Shown here in pieces: positions 25,451 through 38,424 of a DNA stretch of 64,000 nucleotides. Position numbers and translations under genes: made by a program. Location of the stretch: positions 5,079,007 to 5,143,006 of the forward strand of contig MU062811.1 in assembly GCA_013265495.1 (NCBI GenBank), given 5' to 3'. The notes under the pieces were generated by a model, which saw only the letters and a list, made by a program, of their open reading frames with translations, did no database searches and was not told where the DNA came from. Within the stretch, counting starts at the first letter, position 1, and each line of letters starts with the position of its first letter. The DNA is from Vicugna vicugna (Eukaryota).

Positions 25451-28400
25451 GTAAAATTGATTTTCAGACCTATATAGATTCTGGATTTTTCCTTCTATTG
25501 CATAATGAGCTGACTGGCTCCCTTTCCCTGCCTGCAGCTCCAGCTGTGCCCTCATTCTTTCCTTGAGTCTCACTTGGTCCCATTTTCCTTCCTGGTTAGC
25601 CTCAGCTCAGACATCACGTCCTCAAGATAGTTTTCCCTGCTCCATCTCTCTGACTTCACAGAGTCCCTGACATCTCACTCCAGGTATTCCACGATCAGCC
25701 TTCTTGCACTGGGACTTCACTGCTTGCTGAACGGCCTATTTCCTCCACAGCTCTAGGAAGCTGAATTGTTCACCACTGTACAGGACTGGGAGTGACCTGA
25801 GGGAAATTTCCAGGGTTGAAGTCACCTCTGTGTCCTGGCACCTAACAGGCTTTCAAGAAATGCTTTCCTAATTCATGAGGGAAAGTCAGGGTCAGGGTCT
25901 TCCTGCTTTTCTTGGAGTGACTCTACCCAATAGCTCTTAGCACAACTCTGCTCCATGTGGCTGCTTCAACCTGGACCAGGGCTAGAACGCTGGTGCCCAG
26001 TGTTTTAAATCCATCCCCTGGGGCCTTCTGGCGCCTCTACGGATGCAGTCTCTGGCAGGATTTCAAAACTCATGGCTGGTGTGTGGAGCTGGGGCCTACC
26101 GCCCTTCCACTCATCCTTTCCCAGTCTCCCCTCTGCCATGAGGTCTGCAGGTAGCCCCCATACAGGCCTTCTAAGCAACAGGACTGAATCTGAAGTGGAA
26201 GCAATGGGGGGGTACAGTGCAAAGTCCCCAAGAGAGTGAGTCTAGATGCAGCTCCATCCAAACAAGTTACATATCCTGAGCAAGTCATTCACCCCCTTGG
26301 GACTTGTGTTTCCCCACTTGTACAATGAGGGACTGCAGATGAGCTCTGAGGGTCTCTCCTACATGGATGAGAGGGTTCTCAGTGCTTCTGTGCTCAAAAG
26401 CCTTCCTGCCCTGTCCCTGAGACCACAGCAGGAAGTGGGCATGGTCTGTACATCCTGAAGACCACACCCTGACCTCACCTTACACCAAGTCAATCTGCCT
26501 AAAAGTCTGGCTCCATAAGTAAACCTCGCCTAACATGTCTTGGACAGTAGGCTCACACATTAGGAAATCTCTTCTGCCTAGGGCTGAGAAAATTAAAGTT
26601 AAGCTAGGTGACAACTCGGACTTAGAAACATTGCAACCCTGAACTCAGTGTGCCCTAGGGAAGAATCCTCTCCCTTTCTAGACTTAATTTAGCCACAATT
26701 TACAAGCTTCTCACCACTCCCAGCCTCTCTGCATACCTTGAATATGGCCACAAGGGTGCAGGGAAAAGTACTGTGACACACAGTCTACTTCCAGCAGGCC
26801 TAGGGCTCTGCAGCCTCAGTCTGAGCATCCTGGAATAGGCACAGCCCCAGGTAGGGTAGGGGACACATCCAGTGCCTAGCACCCGCCCCCACCCGCAGCA
26901 TGACTCCCTATCAGCTTGGCTCCTTCGATAGCTCCCACCATGGTAGCTGATCCACGAGGAGAAACCGACTTGGCAAAGCCCAGCCAGCACCAGTTTCAGT
27001 CTCCCTGCCCAGAGTTGGGGGAGGGGGAAGCACGTCCAAGCGGACCAGTCCAACAGGTCTTTTTTCCACCACCCTACATAGCTGGTGCCTTCTGCACTGG
27101 TTCAAGAACAGGAGACTCAAAAGTCAGTTGACACTTTCACAACCTGAGTCATGAAGACCAAGGAATCAAGAAAATAGAAAATGGTCACCTTTCTCACCCT
27201 TGCCTTGCCCACAATGGCTCTGGAAAACCTGGTCCCTGATCTCCCAGCTCTTGGTCAATTCAGAAAAGCAACTGATCTCCCCTGGGACGCTCAAAGAAAA
27301 ATCTGGGTCCTCATCATCACCAGGCGCCGAGGTGGTGTGAAATCAGTCCTTCCTGCGCTATGTTCCTGATCTTTTCTCCCACTATAAATAACTCTAGCCT
27401 TCTGAGACAGACCACATGGTCTCTCCAGCTCTGGACAAAATTCCCAATACTCAGTGTACCTCTATTCACCCATTGCAAAAGAGGGAAAGATGAGGCCAAT
27501 TTAACCAAAAGCAACAACATAGCCAGAGATGCTGTGTGTCAAGAGCAAGAACAGAACTCAGCAAAACCAGGAAAGCTTGGCTTTTGGCTCTGGTCCCTGC
27601 TTTGGAAAGTCAGACAGGGCTTCCTCAGCAGTGTACTCTCCTCCTGTGGTTTCCTCTCTGAGCGCTTAACACAATCCAGTAATAGGGTGAAACACCCCCC
27701 TGAAAAAGTTGTTCTTTTTAGTCATTATTGAACCTATTAAGACACTGATTACAGCTAGTAACTTACATGGCCAAAAATTGACTAGACAGATACACAAATC
27801 AATATGGACGCACCTCCCCAAGGGTGGTTGTAAGTAAAGAATAATACCCATGTTATAATTTTTCTTATTTTTTTATTTCACACATAATTCATTGAGAGAT
27901 GGTCATGTGTAAAGCACTCCAAGAGACTTTGGGGAAGGAAGGGATATAGGGAAGGATAAAATATAGCCCAGTCTTCAAAAAAGTTGACTATCTAGTAGGA
28001 GAGAGACGTACAAGTCACACAATCCAACAAAGGACCAAATCCAGGAACTAAAGTTACAGTTGACCTATTCCCTCCATGCACTGTAACTCTGTAGCTTTTG
28101 TTATTTTTCAGAGGAACTACAGGCTAAGAGATTTGAAGATCCCAGGTCTCACTTCAAGCTAGGATCATGAGTTCTCCTGGGATCTGTCTACACCCTGAGA
28201 CTTCAATGAATGGGGATGCCCGCCCACTGAGGGCACCATAGTGAGTCGTGAGATGCTGGTATAAGAGGAAGTCAATGCCAGGAGACTCATTGCCGAGTTA
28301 ATCATCTAGCCTTCCTCGTCTCATCCCCAACTAGAAACCGGAGACAGGCCCAATATACAAGCAAAGATGATACAGAAAGGGCTTAATCACAAAGTCAAAA

Positions 28401-31169
28401 AAGTTGCTCAGGACTAGGGTCATGGAAATGAAGTCAGAAAAAGCCCCTAGCATTAGAACAGAAGAGAGTGCTCTCGGGGAAGATCTGGAAGGGATTCTTA
28501 AAGCTCTGCACCTAGAGCCCCGTATCTCAGTGCTGGCTGTGACTACAGAGGCACTTTTTTTATTTTTCCTTTTCTTTCCCAATTATAGGTTGTCAAGCCT
28601 GGTCTCCCTCATCAGTTCCCATTCAATCAGTGCTACAGCTCGGTGCACACCAACACCAGTTCTTAAACTGTACCTGTACTCAGCAGCCTACTGGCAATGT
28701 CAGAGTTCTTCTGGAAAGTTGTAGGAAGGAATGAGTACTCATTCCTGAAAGTATATGGAAAGAAATAAAGTTCCCTAGACAAACAGAAGATTCTATGCCA
28801 TCTGAAAAAAAAAGTTAATTCAGGGACTGGGGATAAAGATTAAGTCCCCTGTCCTCCTCCATTGGGGTAAAAACAATTCTGAAGGTAATTCTTCTTAAAA
28901 ATGGTAAAGCTGGTGAGGCTTGGTCCAAATCTCAAAAGAAAATCATTTCTTGAAATTAAAAAAAAAAAAGTAGGTAAAGGGGAATGGAAATTGGTTTAAA
29001 ACCTTTCCTACAGTAGATAGCAGATTAGCTACACAAGACTTTTCTGGAATGTTAACCATGCAGAATTTTATAATGTAAAGCATTCAAAATGTGAAACTGG
29101 GAGTTCTGCACCTAAACATTTATTAATGAGAAAAACCCTCACACCATAATCATAATGAAGGCTTAACATCAGTGTCTGACATTCTGTCATTAAGGGATCG
29201 GTTTTAAAAGCGTGGATTTGGCAGTTTGCCCTATCGGTGTTTCACAAGCAGTTTCTGTGGTTTCAAAAAAGGCAGGGTATTTGCTTTTAAACACTATCTT
29301 AAAAATATATTTCAGAATAGGGTCCAACCATTTCATGACAGAAGGAAGGAATGAAAACCAAACCAAATAAAGGAATCTGTGCTACCAGACAGAAAGGGAG
29401 CACACCAGAGGTGCAGGTGAGGAAAAGACATTGTTTGCCACCTGCACCAAAATGGCAAGCAAAGCCAACTGAGTGCTTCTTATAACCAAGTTAGAAAATA
29501 AGGACACAGAAATGGCACCAAAGACAAGAGATTAATAAAGGGAAATCCCTATATAGACCTTCATCTCTCCAAAACAACCTTACCTGGCTCAAATCTGTTT
29601 TGTTTAAATACAAAACAACCCAAAAGTTCCACGCCAAGGAAAGGACTGTCATCTTATCAATTAGCAGCCACACCTTGCTGCCAGCATGATGTGTTAATTA
29701 AGGTAGAGATTTTTCTCCCTGGGAATACAAGTACAGAAGGGCAGAGCCCCTGTGGACCTAACCCATTATGACAGCCTTTTCATTAGCAAGAAAACACTGC
29801 CAGGCACTCTCCAAGGAAGCAGTGGCCCGCATCACTGAAGAACACCTGTGTGTGAACAGCAGCCACCTCTGTTGAGAGACAAATGTGCTGGAGATGGGAA
29901 TTGGGGAGGGGAGAACCACTCATTAAGAAATCCAACAGGCTATGTTTCTCAAAGTAATTTATGTGGACCTTGGTTTTTCCATCATTACAAAAAAAGGGAT
30001 TCTACGGTAATTTAGTATTGGCACATAACCATGCCTTAGAATCATGTTTGAACACAAATACAATCATATAGTTGAACTCCCTCTCTCTTCCTGGTAGGGC
30101 AGCAAGGAGGGTGCCAGGGGATAAGTGATGCCTGAATTAAGGACAGCAGCTCGCCCCTGTACCCTTGACCCATGCTAGCATCTTAAAATCAGCTCAAAAT
30201 TTCAGAATTTTGCTAATGAAAATCAAAACCTGTAACAGGATAAAACAGACAATGTGAGACAAGCAAGCCAATCAAACTCATAAGCTCAAGTGAAATGAAA
30301 TTCCACAGAGGTACACACTGCAATCACTCTAAGAAGCACCTCCAGATGTCTAGGAAGACCACATGCATAGCTATGGGGACTGGCTTCAGGGGAGAGAAGT
30401 GAAGCAGAAGACTGACAAATGAAAACAGGAAATCCTGGCATATTACACAAGCAATGGGATAAAGAGACACAGCAGGATGGCCAGAGTTCAGCTCCCAGAA
30501 TTGAACTGGCAAGTTCCAAACACACAGAGGCCTGGCACTACCAGGTACGGTGCTCAGTGTCCTTGACGGTCAAGGCTAAAAAAGCAAGTAGCCTGGGGCC
30601 CCTGTGTGTGTATAAGTGGCACATAAAGGATTGTAAAAAGAAAATGTTAGTTTCATAAGGATAAAATGTACAAACTTAAGATCCACACACAAAAGTTTTC
30701 TTTTTGGGGGGTGGGGAGAGGAGTGCATTTCATGGGTGCCACTCAGCAGGACGGTCAAATCTAAGAATCCAAACTGTCCTATGCTGTGAGATCCTTACAA
30801 TTTTAGGTCTCAAGATTCTGGTTTTTCTAAAAGAGTTCTTGAAATTCCAGAAGACGAGGATAGATGAAGAGGATTAAATAATAAGGTTAAAAAAATGTTT
30901 CCCATAGCTCCTGTACAGAGCTGTAAAGACCAAGGAGAGAAATCCAGAGAGCAGCATCCTGCCACCTTCAGAACAGGCCACAGTGGGCAGAAACCATCTG
31001 GGGCAGAGAGACCACGCACAACTCTAAAGCCAACCTGAAGTAAGTTTTGCCCCACACTGATGGGGACCTAATGCTCAGGGATCTGTCTTCTACCATCTGA
31101 AGCCAGAGCCAAAGTGTCTTGCCAAAAAAGTCTTGTTCTGACACCAATACACACTCTGGACCACATGGG

Positions 31170-31345
31170 TTTGTTACCTTAAGTTACTCAACATTTCTGG
31201 GTCTCTGTTTCCTCATCTGTAAAGTGGGGAAAATAATAAGACCTACTCTCTCACAAAGATTATAAATAGGTTAATCAATATAAAACAGCTGATTAAATAA
31301 GTGTCCAGAACAAAGTAAGTGCTCAGTAAATGCTATTATTATGTC
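31170..31345 (+). mobile_element. MIR
   Basis: ctctgtttcctcatctgtaaagtggggaaaataataagacctac...gtaagtgctcagtaaatgctattatt. Confidence 0.8.
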
Positions 31346-32555
31346 TACAGCTGAAGACACTAGCCTCAGGGCAAACTGTGCCCCGTGAGAATGGGTGAGG
31401 GCACTGTCTACGCATCAGTACTCAGTCCATTGCCTTTAAGAACTTCCCAACCACTTGGAACAGAGTAATGTACTCAGAGGGCCATCCAGGAGGCACCATT
31501 ACTGAGTCACTGCCTTAGCTAACAGAATGAACAAATCTCCTTTGAAAGCAAAAGTCTATCAGGCCAGTGGCTGAAGAGATAAAAAAGCACATCAAGCTCA
31601 ATTCTGGAATTGAAATGAAAGCCACATGTGTATCTGAAAAGAAATATGCTTTGTGTAAAAAGCAGAGGATTATGAGACTTGCTGAGTGATGGGAAATGGA
31701 GCTATAATCCCACAAGTCTATATGTAGACTCAAACTGATATAAAGTAAGTACCTGATTAGTTTTTTAATGATTCCACCAAGAATTGATTCTGAGCAAGTG
31801 AGTTGAATGTAAAAAGATTTGCTTAAATCTAGTCCAAAATGACTATTAGGAGGCCCAAAGGTCTATTATTAGTGGTACTAAGAGAAGCTTTTAAAAGTTA
31901 GAGGTGCTACGTTAACCGGAGGATGAATACAAGCAAAAGAACAAGGATGAAAATAAGGTAGTTTAGAAATAGCATCAACTGTATCTCTTAAAGATTCATC
32001 ATTACAAACACACACGAAATCCTCTTACCTCTAAAGGAGAAAATAAAGTTCACCTACATAAATGTGGGATTTGGCAGGCATGTTTCACTAAGAAACAAGG
32101 CTAACAAAGAGTTAAGTACTGAAAAAATAAGAACAAAGTGCGTAGGCTCTGCAGGCACTCTGGGAACAGACTGTTGGGTGTTCTGGCCTTAGTAAGTGCC
32201 TGGAGCCTATCAGCCTTCAGCTATTGTAGGCACCAAGGTTTTTCAAGGATAGAGGCTAAACAAGCTTTACAGTTTTCAAATCTGGAGTTGATAGCCAAAT
32301 GATTTTTTTTAATGGAGGGGTGGGGAGGCCAACGCTCTGTATTAGAGGGAGGAAACAAGACAACTTTGCTTAAAGTCCCTCAGGTCACACTGAGAACCAG
32401 AGTCCTCAGCTAGATCACTGCAAACCAAGGCAGCAAGTGCCTTCCTGCAGTCCAGCCAGGACTCTGGGAATTGTAAAACAAAGGCTCATTATGAGGTCAT
32501 AGCAAGTAACCAGCCAATCAAGGACAGGGATGATTAGCCCCACACTTCTCTACAA

Positions 32556-32746
32556 AAGCATTTCTCACACTTCTGCGTGGAAACCCTTGACACTCTTAGT
32601 TATTAAAGATGTCAAATAGCTTTTGTTTATGTGGGTTATAGTTACTATATTATAATGAAAACTGAGAACATGTTAAACTATTAATTCATTTAAAATATTT
32701 TTACTAAACCCATTATAACTATGTCTTAATAAGTATATTTTCCAAC
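32556..32746 (-). mobile_element. Charlie1 3'-terminal fragment (duplicate copy 1)
   Basis: ttctcacactt...cccttgacactcttag...gcttttgtttatgtgggttata...ttttccaa is homologous to 34464-34690. Confidence 0.8.
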
Positions 32747-32804
32747 ATATCAATGTAATACATATCATCAAAGTAACATCCAAGTTAATTTTCAAAATGG
32801 AATT

Positions 32805-33150
32805 AAAGCTACAGCATGGATGAATCTTGAAAACATTATGCTAAGAGAAATGAGCCAGACACAAAAGGCTGAATATTGTATGATGGCACTTATATGAGGT
32901 ACTCAGAACAAGCAAATTCAGAGAGAAAGAAAGTAGAACAGAGGTTACCAAAGGCTGGGGGAGGGGGAGATGGGGAATTATTGTTTTAACTGATACAGAG
33001 CTTCTGTTTGGAATGATGAAACAGTTCTAGAAATAGCAGTGATGGTTATACAACACTATGAATATATTTAATGCCACTAGACTAGACACTTAAAGATTAT
33101 CAAAATGTAAATTTTACGTTATGTGTATTTGACCACAATGAAAAAATACA
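32805..33150 (+). mobile_element. L1MB-like 3' end
   Basis: acagcatggatgaatcttgaaaacattatgctaag...ttatgtgtatttgaccacaat plus an A-rich tail. Confidence 0.8.
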
Positions 33151-33575
33151 ATTAAAGCACAAAACCATGAGAAAATTTCAGACTACTGTAACTGGGAACA
33201 TTATATAAAAAAACTAACCAGCATTCTTCAAAATTGTGAATGTCAGGAAAGACATGCAAAGACTAAGAAATGGTAGACTTGAGGAGACTATGATGGACAT
33301 ATGACAACTAAATGCACTGTGGGATCCTGGACTGGGTCCTAAACAGAAAAAGCACATTAGTGGAAAAACTGATGAAATCTAAATAAGTTCTGTACTTTGG
33401 TTAACAGTATGATGCCAAGACTAATTCTTAGTTCTGATACATGGTCTATGATTATATAAGATGTTTACATACGGGGAAGCTGGATGAAGAACGTACAGGA
33501 ACTTTTTGGACTATTTCTGCAACTCTTCCAAGTTTAAAATTACCTCAAAATTAAAAAAAATTAAATGTAACTGTT
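33150..33575 (+). mobile_element. L1MC/L1MD-like 3' end
   Basis: gacaactaaatgcactgtgggatcctggactgggtcct...ggggaagctggatgaag...tttctgcaactctt...aaaattaaaaaaaa. Confidence 0.7.
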
Positions 33576-33821
33576 TAAAAAAACTCACAAGGTCAATGTT
33601 GTGTATTCAAAAAGGAAACTTTGGTCAAAGTCCCTCCGGTCACTAAGAAGCAGCTTCCTCAGCTAGAACGACAGCAAACTGAGGCAGCAAGTGCCTTCCT
33701 GAGGCCCAGCCAGGACTAAATAAGGGCTACGAATTGCAAAAACAAAGATTTTTTTTTAATGAAATTACCATGAAATCGACCAAACAAAGCCAAGGAGAAT
33801 TAACCCAAGTTTTGTCTACAA

Positions 33822-34046
33822 CTGTGATTCTTACAATTTTTGGTTTCAGAAAGCTTTTGCACTATTAAAAATAACTGAGTCCCCCCAAAGCTTCTGTTTA
33901 TGTGGATTATATCTATCAATATTTACTATATTAGAAATTATCGAGAAAATGTTTAAATATGTATCCATTCACTTAAAAGAACATTAATAAATCCATTACA
34001 TGTAAACATGTTACTTTTTTTAATGAAAGAACTATACTTTCCAAAC
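33822..34046 (-). mobile_element. Charlie1 3'-terminal fragment (duplicate copy 2)
   Basis: ctgtgattcttacaattttt...ccaaagcttctgtttatgtggattatatctatcaatatttactatattagaaatt...tttccaa. Confidence 0.8.
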
Positions 34047-34134
34047 CACTTCATACATACTAAAGTAAGTATACCTGATGAACTGATTTTATAATGCAAT
34101 CAAAACACAATGCCAAACCCCCCACCAAAGGAAC

Positions 34135-34290
34135 CTAACAAACTAAAGAATAAAAAAAGAAAAAAATGAGAAAAAGTAAAAATAAAAGAATAAAGAGAAA
34201 GGGAAAAATGAGAAAAAGAAAAAAAATTGGGAATAATGAAGAAAAAGGGAGGGGGGAACCAACCAGACAAAACAACAGAAAAACCACACA
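34135..34290. repeat. A-rich low-complexity tract
   Basis: aaagaataaaaaaagaaaaaaatgagaaaaagtaaaaataaaagaat..., lying between duplicate copies 2 and 3. Confidence 0.8.
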
Positions 34291-34463
34291 GGGCCAATGC
34301 TCTCTGCAGTAGAAGGAGGAAATAAGTTCACTTAGGTCAAAGTCTCTGAGGCCCAGGCAGGGATTATTATAGGAGCTGGGAACTGCAAACAAGGGCTCGT
34401 TGTGAAGTCATCGCAAGTAATCAGTCCAAGACTGATGACAATCAACTCAAGTTATCTCTACAA

Positions 34464-37024
34464 CAGAAGTTTTTTCACTTTTTGATTTCAAGAACCCTTT
34501 ACACTCTTAAAAAATTATCAAGGACTGCAGAGATCTTTTGTTTATGTGGGTTAGCGCCATCAACAGTTACCTTACTAGAAACTGAAACTGATAATTTAAA
34601 AAATTATTTTTATTAATTCATTGAAAATAATAAACCCATTACATGCTTACACAAATAACCTATTTTTTTATGAAGAAACTATTTCTAAAACAAAATGAAA
34701 TTCCCAACAAGAGTTGCACTGTTTTATATTCTTGTACATCACTTTATGGAAGAGAGCCAACTTCTTATACCTGCTTCTGCATTAAGTGTGTTTCCTTATG
34801 TTGTTTTGGTTGAAAGATATGAAGAAATTTTTATTTCACAGATGTGTAGATGGAAAATAGGGTTTAGCAGCCTTTCAAATATTGAGGATTTTCTTCTTTG
34901 ATACTAGATCAAAACTCCACAAGTGGTAGTTTTTAAAGGCTAGTTGCAGTGTGCAATCTGAAATTTTATCAGTGAATCTTCTGTGTACTTTCATGTTAAA
35001 ATCCATTGGTTATCTTGCAATAATAATATCTTTGAATGGTCCTTTTAACCACTGATAATCTAGGAAATATTCCTTCACCGAACCATGCAGAATTTTCAAA
35101 TACTGGCATTTCATAAAATATCAAAAAATCACATTCCATAAATCTTACCACTGTTCCCACAAAAAAAGTCTTTGACAAATAGAAGTTTTCCAAAAATCCT
35201 AATTTTGCCTGAAAACTTGAATTTTATCACTGACAACAGTGACAGACTCACTGTTCAATTTCAAGAAAACATCCACTAAATACTGAAGTATGAATAACTA
35301 GAGTTTGTCCATCAGTTGTTCTTTCAAGTAAAAATGATGCAGCTGGTTCAGCTCCAACACACAAGTGCATTTTCTCCAGAAAGTTGGGCTATGGTTCACA
35401 GCAGCAATGCTGCATGGATAGTTTGTATTTCATCACTCAGAATATCAGAGACCTTTACTGGAGGCAATCTGGCAGTATAAATTTAACTTAAAAAGAAAAA
35501 AATTTTAATGCTTCATCCAGGACATTCTTAAGTGAAAAATGGCTTTTTTAAGACAGCGTTTAGCAGAACAGTTCACGCAGCCATCAGCAGAGTTTGGTGT
35601 CCCTGCCTTGATTAACGTCACGGCACCAGCAGTTTTCCTTCTCACTGCTTCTGCACCAGAAGTGCACATGGAAATAAAGTTGTTCCAGGATAAACTGTGA
35701 CAGTCAAAAAAGCTATTCACCCTTTGCACATTTATCACAACTTGTGTTTGTTGCTGAGGACTCACATAAAAGAAAGCACCTTCCGAAGGTTAGCTGGTGC
35801 TGATACAAGTTGAGCCATGTCTATAAATCTGCTCATTTGTAAGGTGAAAGTAAAATTCTGTACACAAGGTATCAACTCAGTCTTCATATTGATGCTAAAT
35901 CTTTAATTCAAGGAGTCACAGTAACACACGAAGCGGCACTGCCCTGAATTTTACTGACTTTTCATCCAGTGGGCATTCAGGAATGTCAGCTGTTCAAACT
36001 TCGTTAGTCTCTCAGCTATTGGGTGGGCTTGTCCACCCAAAGTAATGTGATAACTCATTCTATAAGAGGCTTCAGTGACTTTGTCATTTTGAGGTAGAAA
36101 AGCTGGAACAAATTTTGGCTTTTAAAGGGACTGTGGTGTGTGCACTTAAAACACATAATGCTTTTTTCTGTAAACTCTGGTCTCGAAATGATGCCGCAAC
36201 TTAACTGGCACCACAACACTATGTGAAAATGCTCTGTTGCATAAGACACAATAAAGTACATTATCAGCATCTATAAAGCTGAAAAGAGGATAACTTTCAT
36301 TATGACTTCATTTCTTTTAATTTTTTTTTCATTTCTCGTTCACAGTTTTGCCCAGGTTCTTCAGAGGAGATCCCTCCCTTTCACTTGTTGCAGTAAACAG
36401 AGCTAGCAGCTCTGTGTTGAGAAAGCAAGTCTTCCAACCTCCCTTTTTTAAGCCAACAATCCATCTTTAAATATAAGAGAAATATTATAAATTTTCTTCT
36501 ATTTTAGACTAAAACAGAATTAAGTGCTAAAATAAATTGTAAATACAATTTTTAAAATGGTAAGTTTTCCAAAAAGTTTTTACGAGCAAGTTTTGCAACT
36601 TCCTGTGTTTCCTCGAAGGTGCCAGGAAAATGCTAGGATTTCAAAATAACTATTTATTGGACAATAATGAGGTTTACTGAGATTACAGCAGGTATGACCA
36701 AAGAAAGCTAGTAAAAGCACAGCAGAAGTACTGAGAACAAACCAAGTTCATCACTGAAAACTTCCATATTTATACCTTAAAGTACTACCTTAAACATTCT
36801 AGGGAACACAAAAATACAGAAGCACATATTCCATTAGCCAAGAGTGTTGATGCCAACACACATTATTCGGCTTCTGGAAAACTCCACTGTATAGTGGTGA
36901 GAGAATGAGAGTGAAACAGGCAAATACTGCATTAATGCTACGATGAAAATTATTTTGACTTTGTATGCCATCAAACAGTCTTGAGGTCGCCAGGGGTCCT
37001 CAGACCACACTTTGAGAACCAAGT
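34464..37024 (-). mobile_element. Charlie1-type hAT DNA transposon fossil, apparently full length (~2.56 kb)
   Basis: Terminal sequences: ...tttgagaacc at 37011-37020 and degenerate cagaagtttttcactttttg at 34464. Both subterminal regions resemble the recalled Charlie1 consensus, with transposase remnants between them. Confidence 0.85.
34740..36464 (-). pseudogene. Decayed hAT (Charlie/Buster, ZBED5-like) transposase
   Basis: ATG GAT TGT TGG CTT AAA AAA (MDCWLKK) at 36464; QNDKVTEASYRMSYHITLGGQAHPIAERLTK at ~36000-36092; NSFFDCHSLSWNNFISMCTSGAEAVRRKTAGAVTLIKA in ORF 35505-35765; LPLVEF*SSIKEENP (hATC-like) near 34880-34930. Multiple stops and frameshifts; the 3' end is approximate. Confidence 0.85.
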
Positions 37025-38424
37025 TCAATACTGTGCTACCAAAATTAATAAGTGCTTCCTCAGATCTCTCCCAAGACAGGTTCTGGAGTTATGGCATTCC
37101 TGACAGATCAGAGGAAACAACCCAGAACTAGTTTAGACCCTGTCACCAGGGAAACTGGGATGCCGTCCCTAATAAGTTGTCAAATCGCCAAGCCTGGCTT
37201 TAACTGAGGAAGGTGGCTCCTGTGGCACAAAAAGAAAATGTTTCTAAAGCAATGAATTCTTAACTTTATAGAAATCAGAGGAACAAGAGAAAGAAAGGAC
37301 TGGGTGGTTCTGGGATTCTACACATGAAGGCGATCTCAGACTATCAAAATTCCTCTCCTGAGCCATGCCACAAAAGAGGCATAGAAACAGGTAAGGCAGT
37401 GGGACAAGGAGATGAAAACCCAAGATGGTTAGCGGTAACGAAAAACAGAGTTCAAAGGAACCAAACAGAAAAAAAAAAAAGGAAGTGAGAAGTCAGCAAA
37501 GAGGTCAAAAGGAAGAAGAAAACGCAGTGAAAGAAATACTCCCTGATGAGCTCTGAGGTGACACTGTTACCTTCCTCCCTGCCACAGAGGTGAGGTGAAA
37601 AAACTAAGCAACTTATTTGCTGTTCTGATAAGGCATCCAGCCTCTGTAAGTGGCAAGAAATGAAGAGCAACAGGAACCAACTGAGACTGGAATCTCAGCC
37701 CACAGATTCACAGGAGCTGCTGAGAAATGACTGTCACCATCCCAGGCCTCACAAAGGAGAGGCTTTCTCTCACTTCAGAGAAGCCAACAAAAAACGTGCC
37801 CTTGAAGGCCCCTCCACTAGAGAAAAAAGGGACCTAAAATCATTAGCTGCTAAGTTCCCATGTGGTCTTTAAGGGAAACAGGGAGCTTTCTCCTGTTGCC
37901 AAAGGGTAAACACTATATATGAAGAAAGGACCACGATGCAAGAAATCCTCACACCAGGCGGGGCCTCCTCTAACACCCAGATCCCAATACTGGAAAAGCT
38001 CCTGCTCCAGTGCCTGGATTTGTCTTCCAGACAAGGAAGAGCCTGCACATCCTCCACCACCACCATTCACCACACAGAAATATGGGCATGCAGAGGGTGA
38101 TGTGAGTTTTTTCCTTTTAATCAATAAAGTTGCCTAATATTGATAGCTTGTAAATAAATGAACTATCATTTTTTTAAAGTACTTTCAAAAGAACATAAAC
38201 TTCTCCCACAGCATTCTGTTTTCTTTCAGATAGCTGACTGCTAAAAAAAAAAACACACACACACAAAAAAAAACCAAAATAAACAGATTAAAAAACCCAA
38301 AAATGCTAAGAAAAGCACCCACAGAACTCCAATGGCTGGAAAAGGCCAATATTCTTTCAATCATTACAGAGTCGTTCCAACCTGCAGTTGTGTGGTGCTC
38401 AGAGAAAATATACTAAATTGATCG

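Noticed and set aside
27260-27320. GTGATGA...CTGA possible C/D snoRNA in intron 1
   Set aside because: No terminal stem or recognisable rRNA/snRNA guide complementarity; such box pairs arise by chance.
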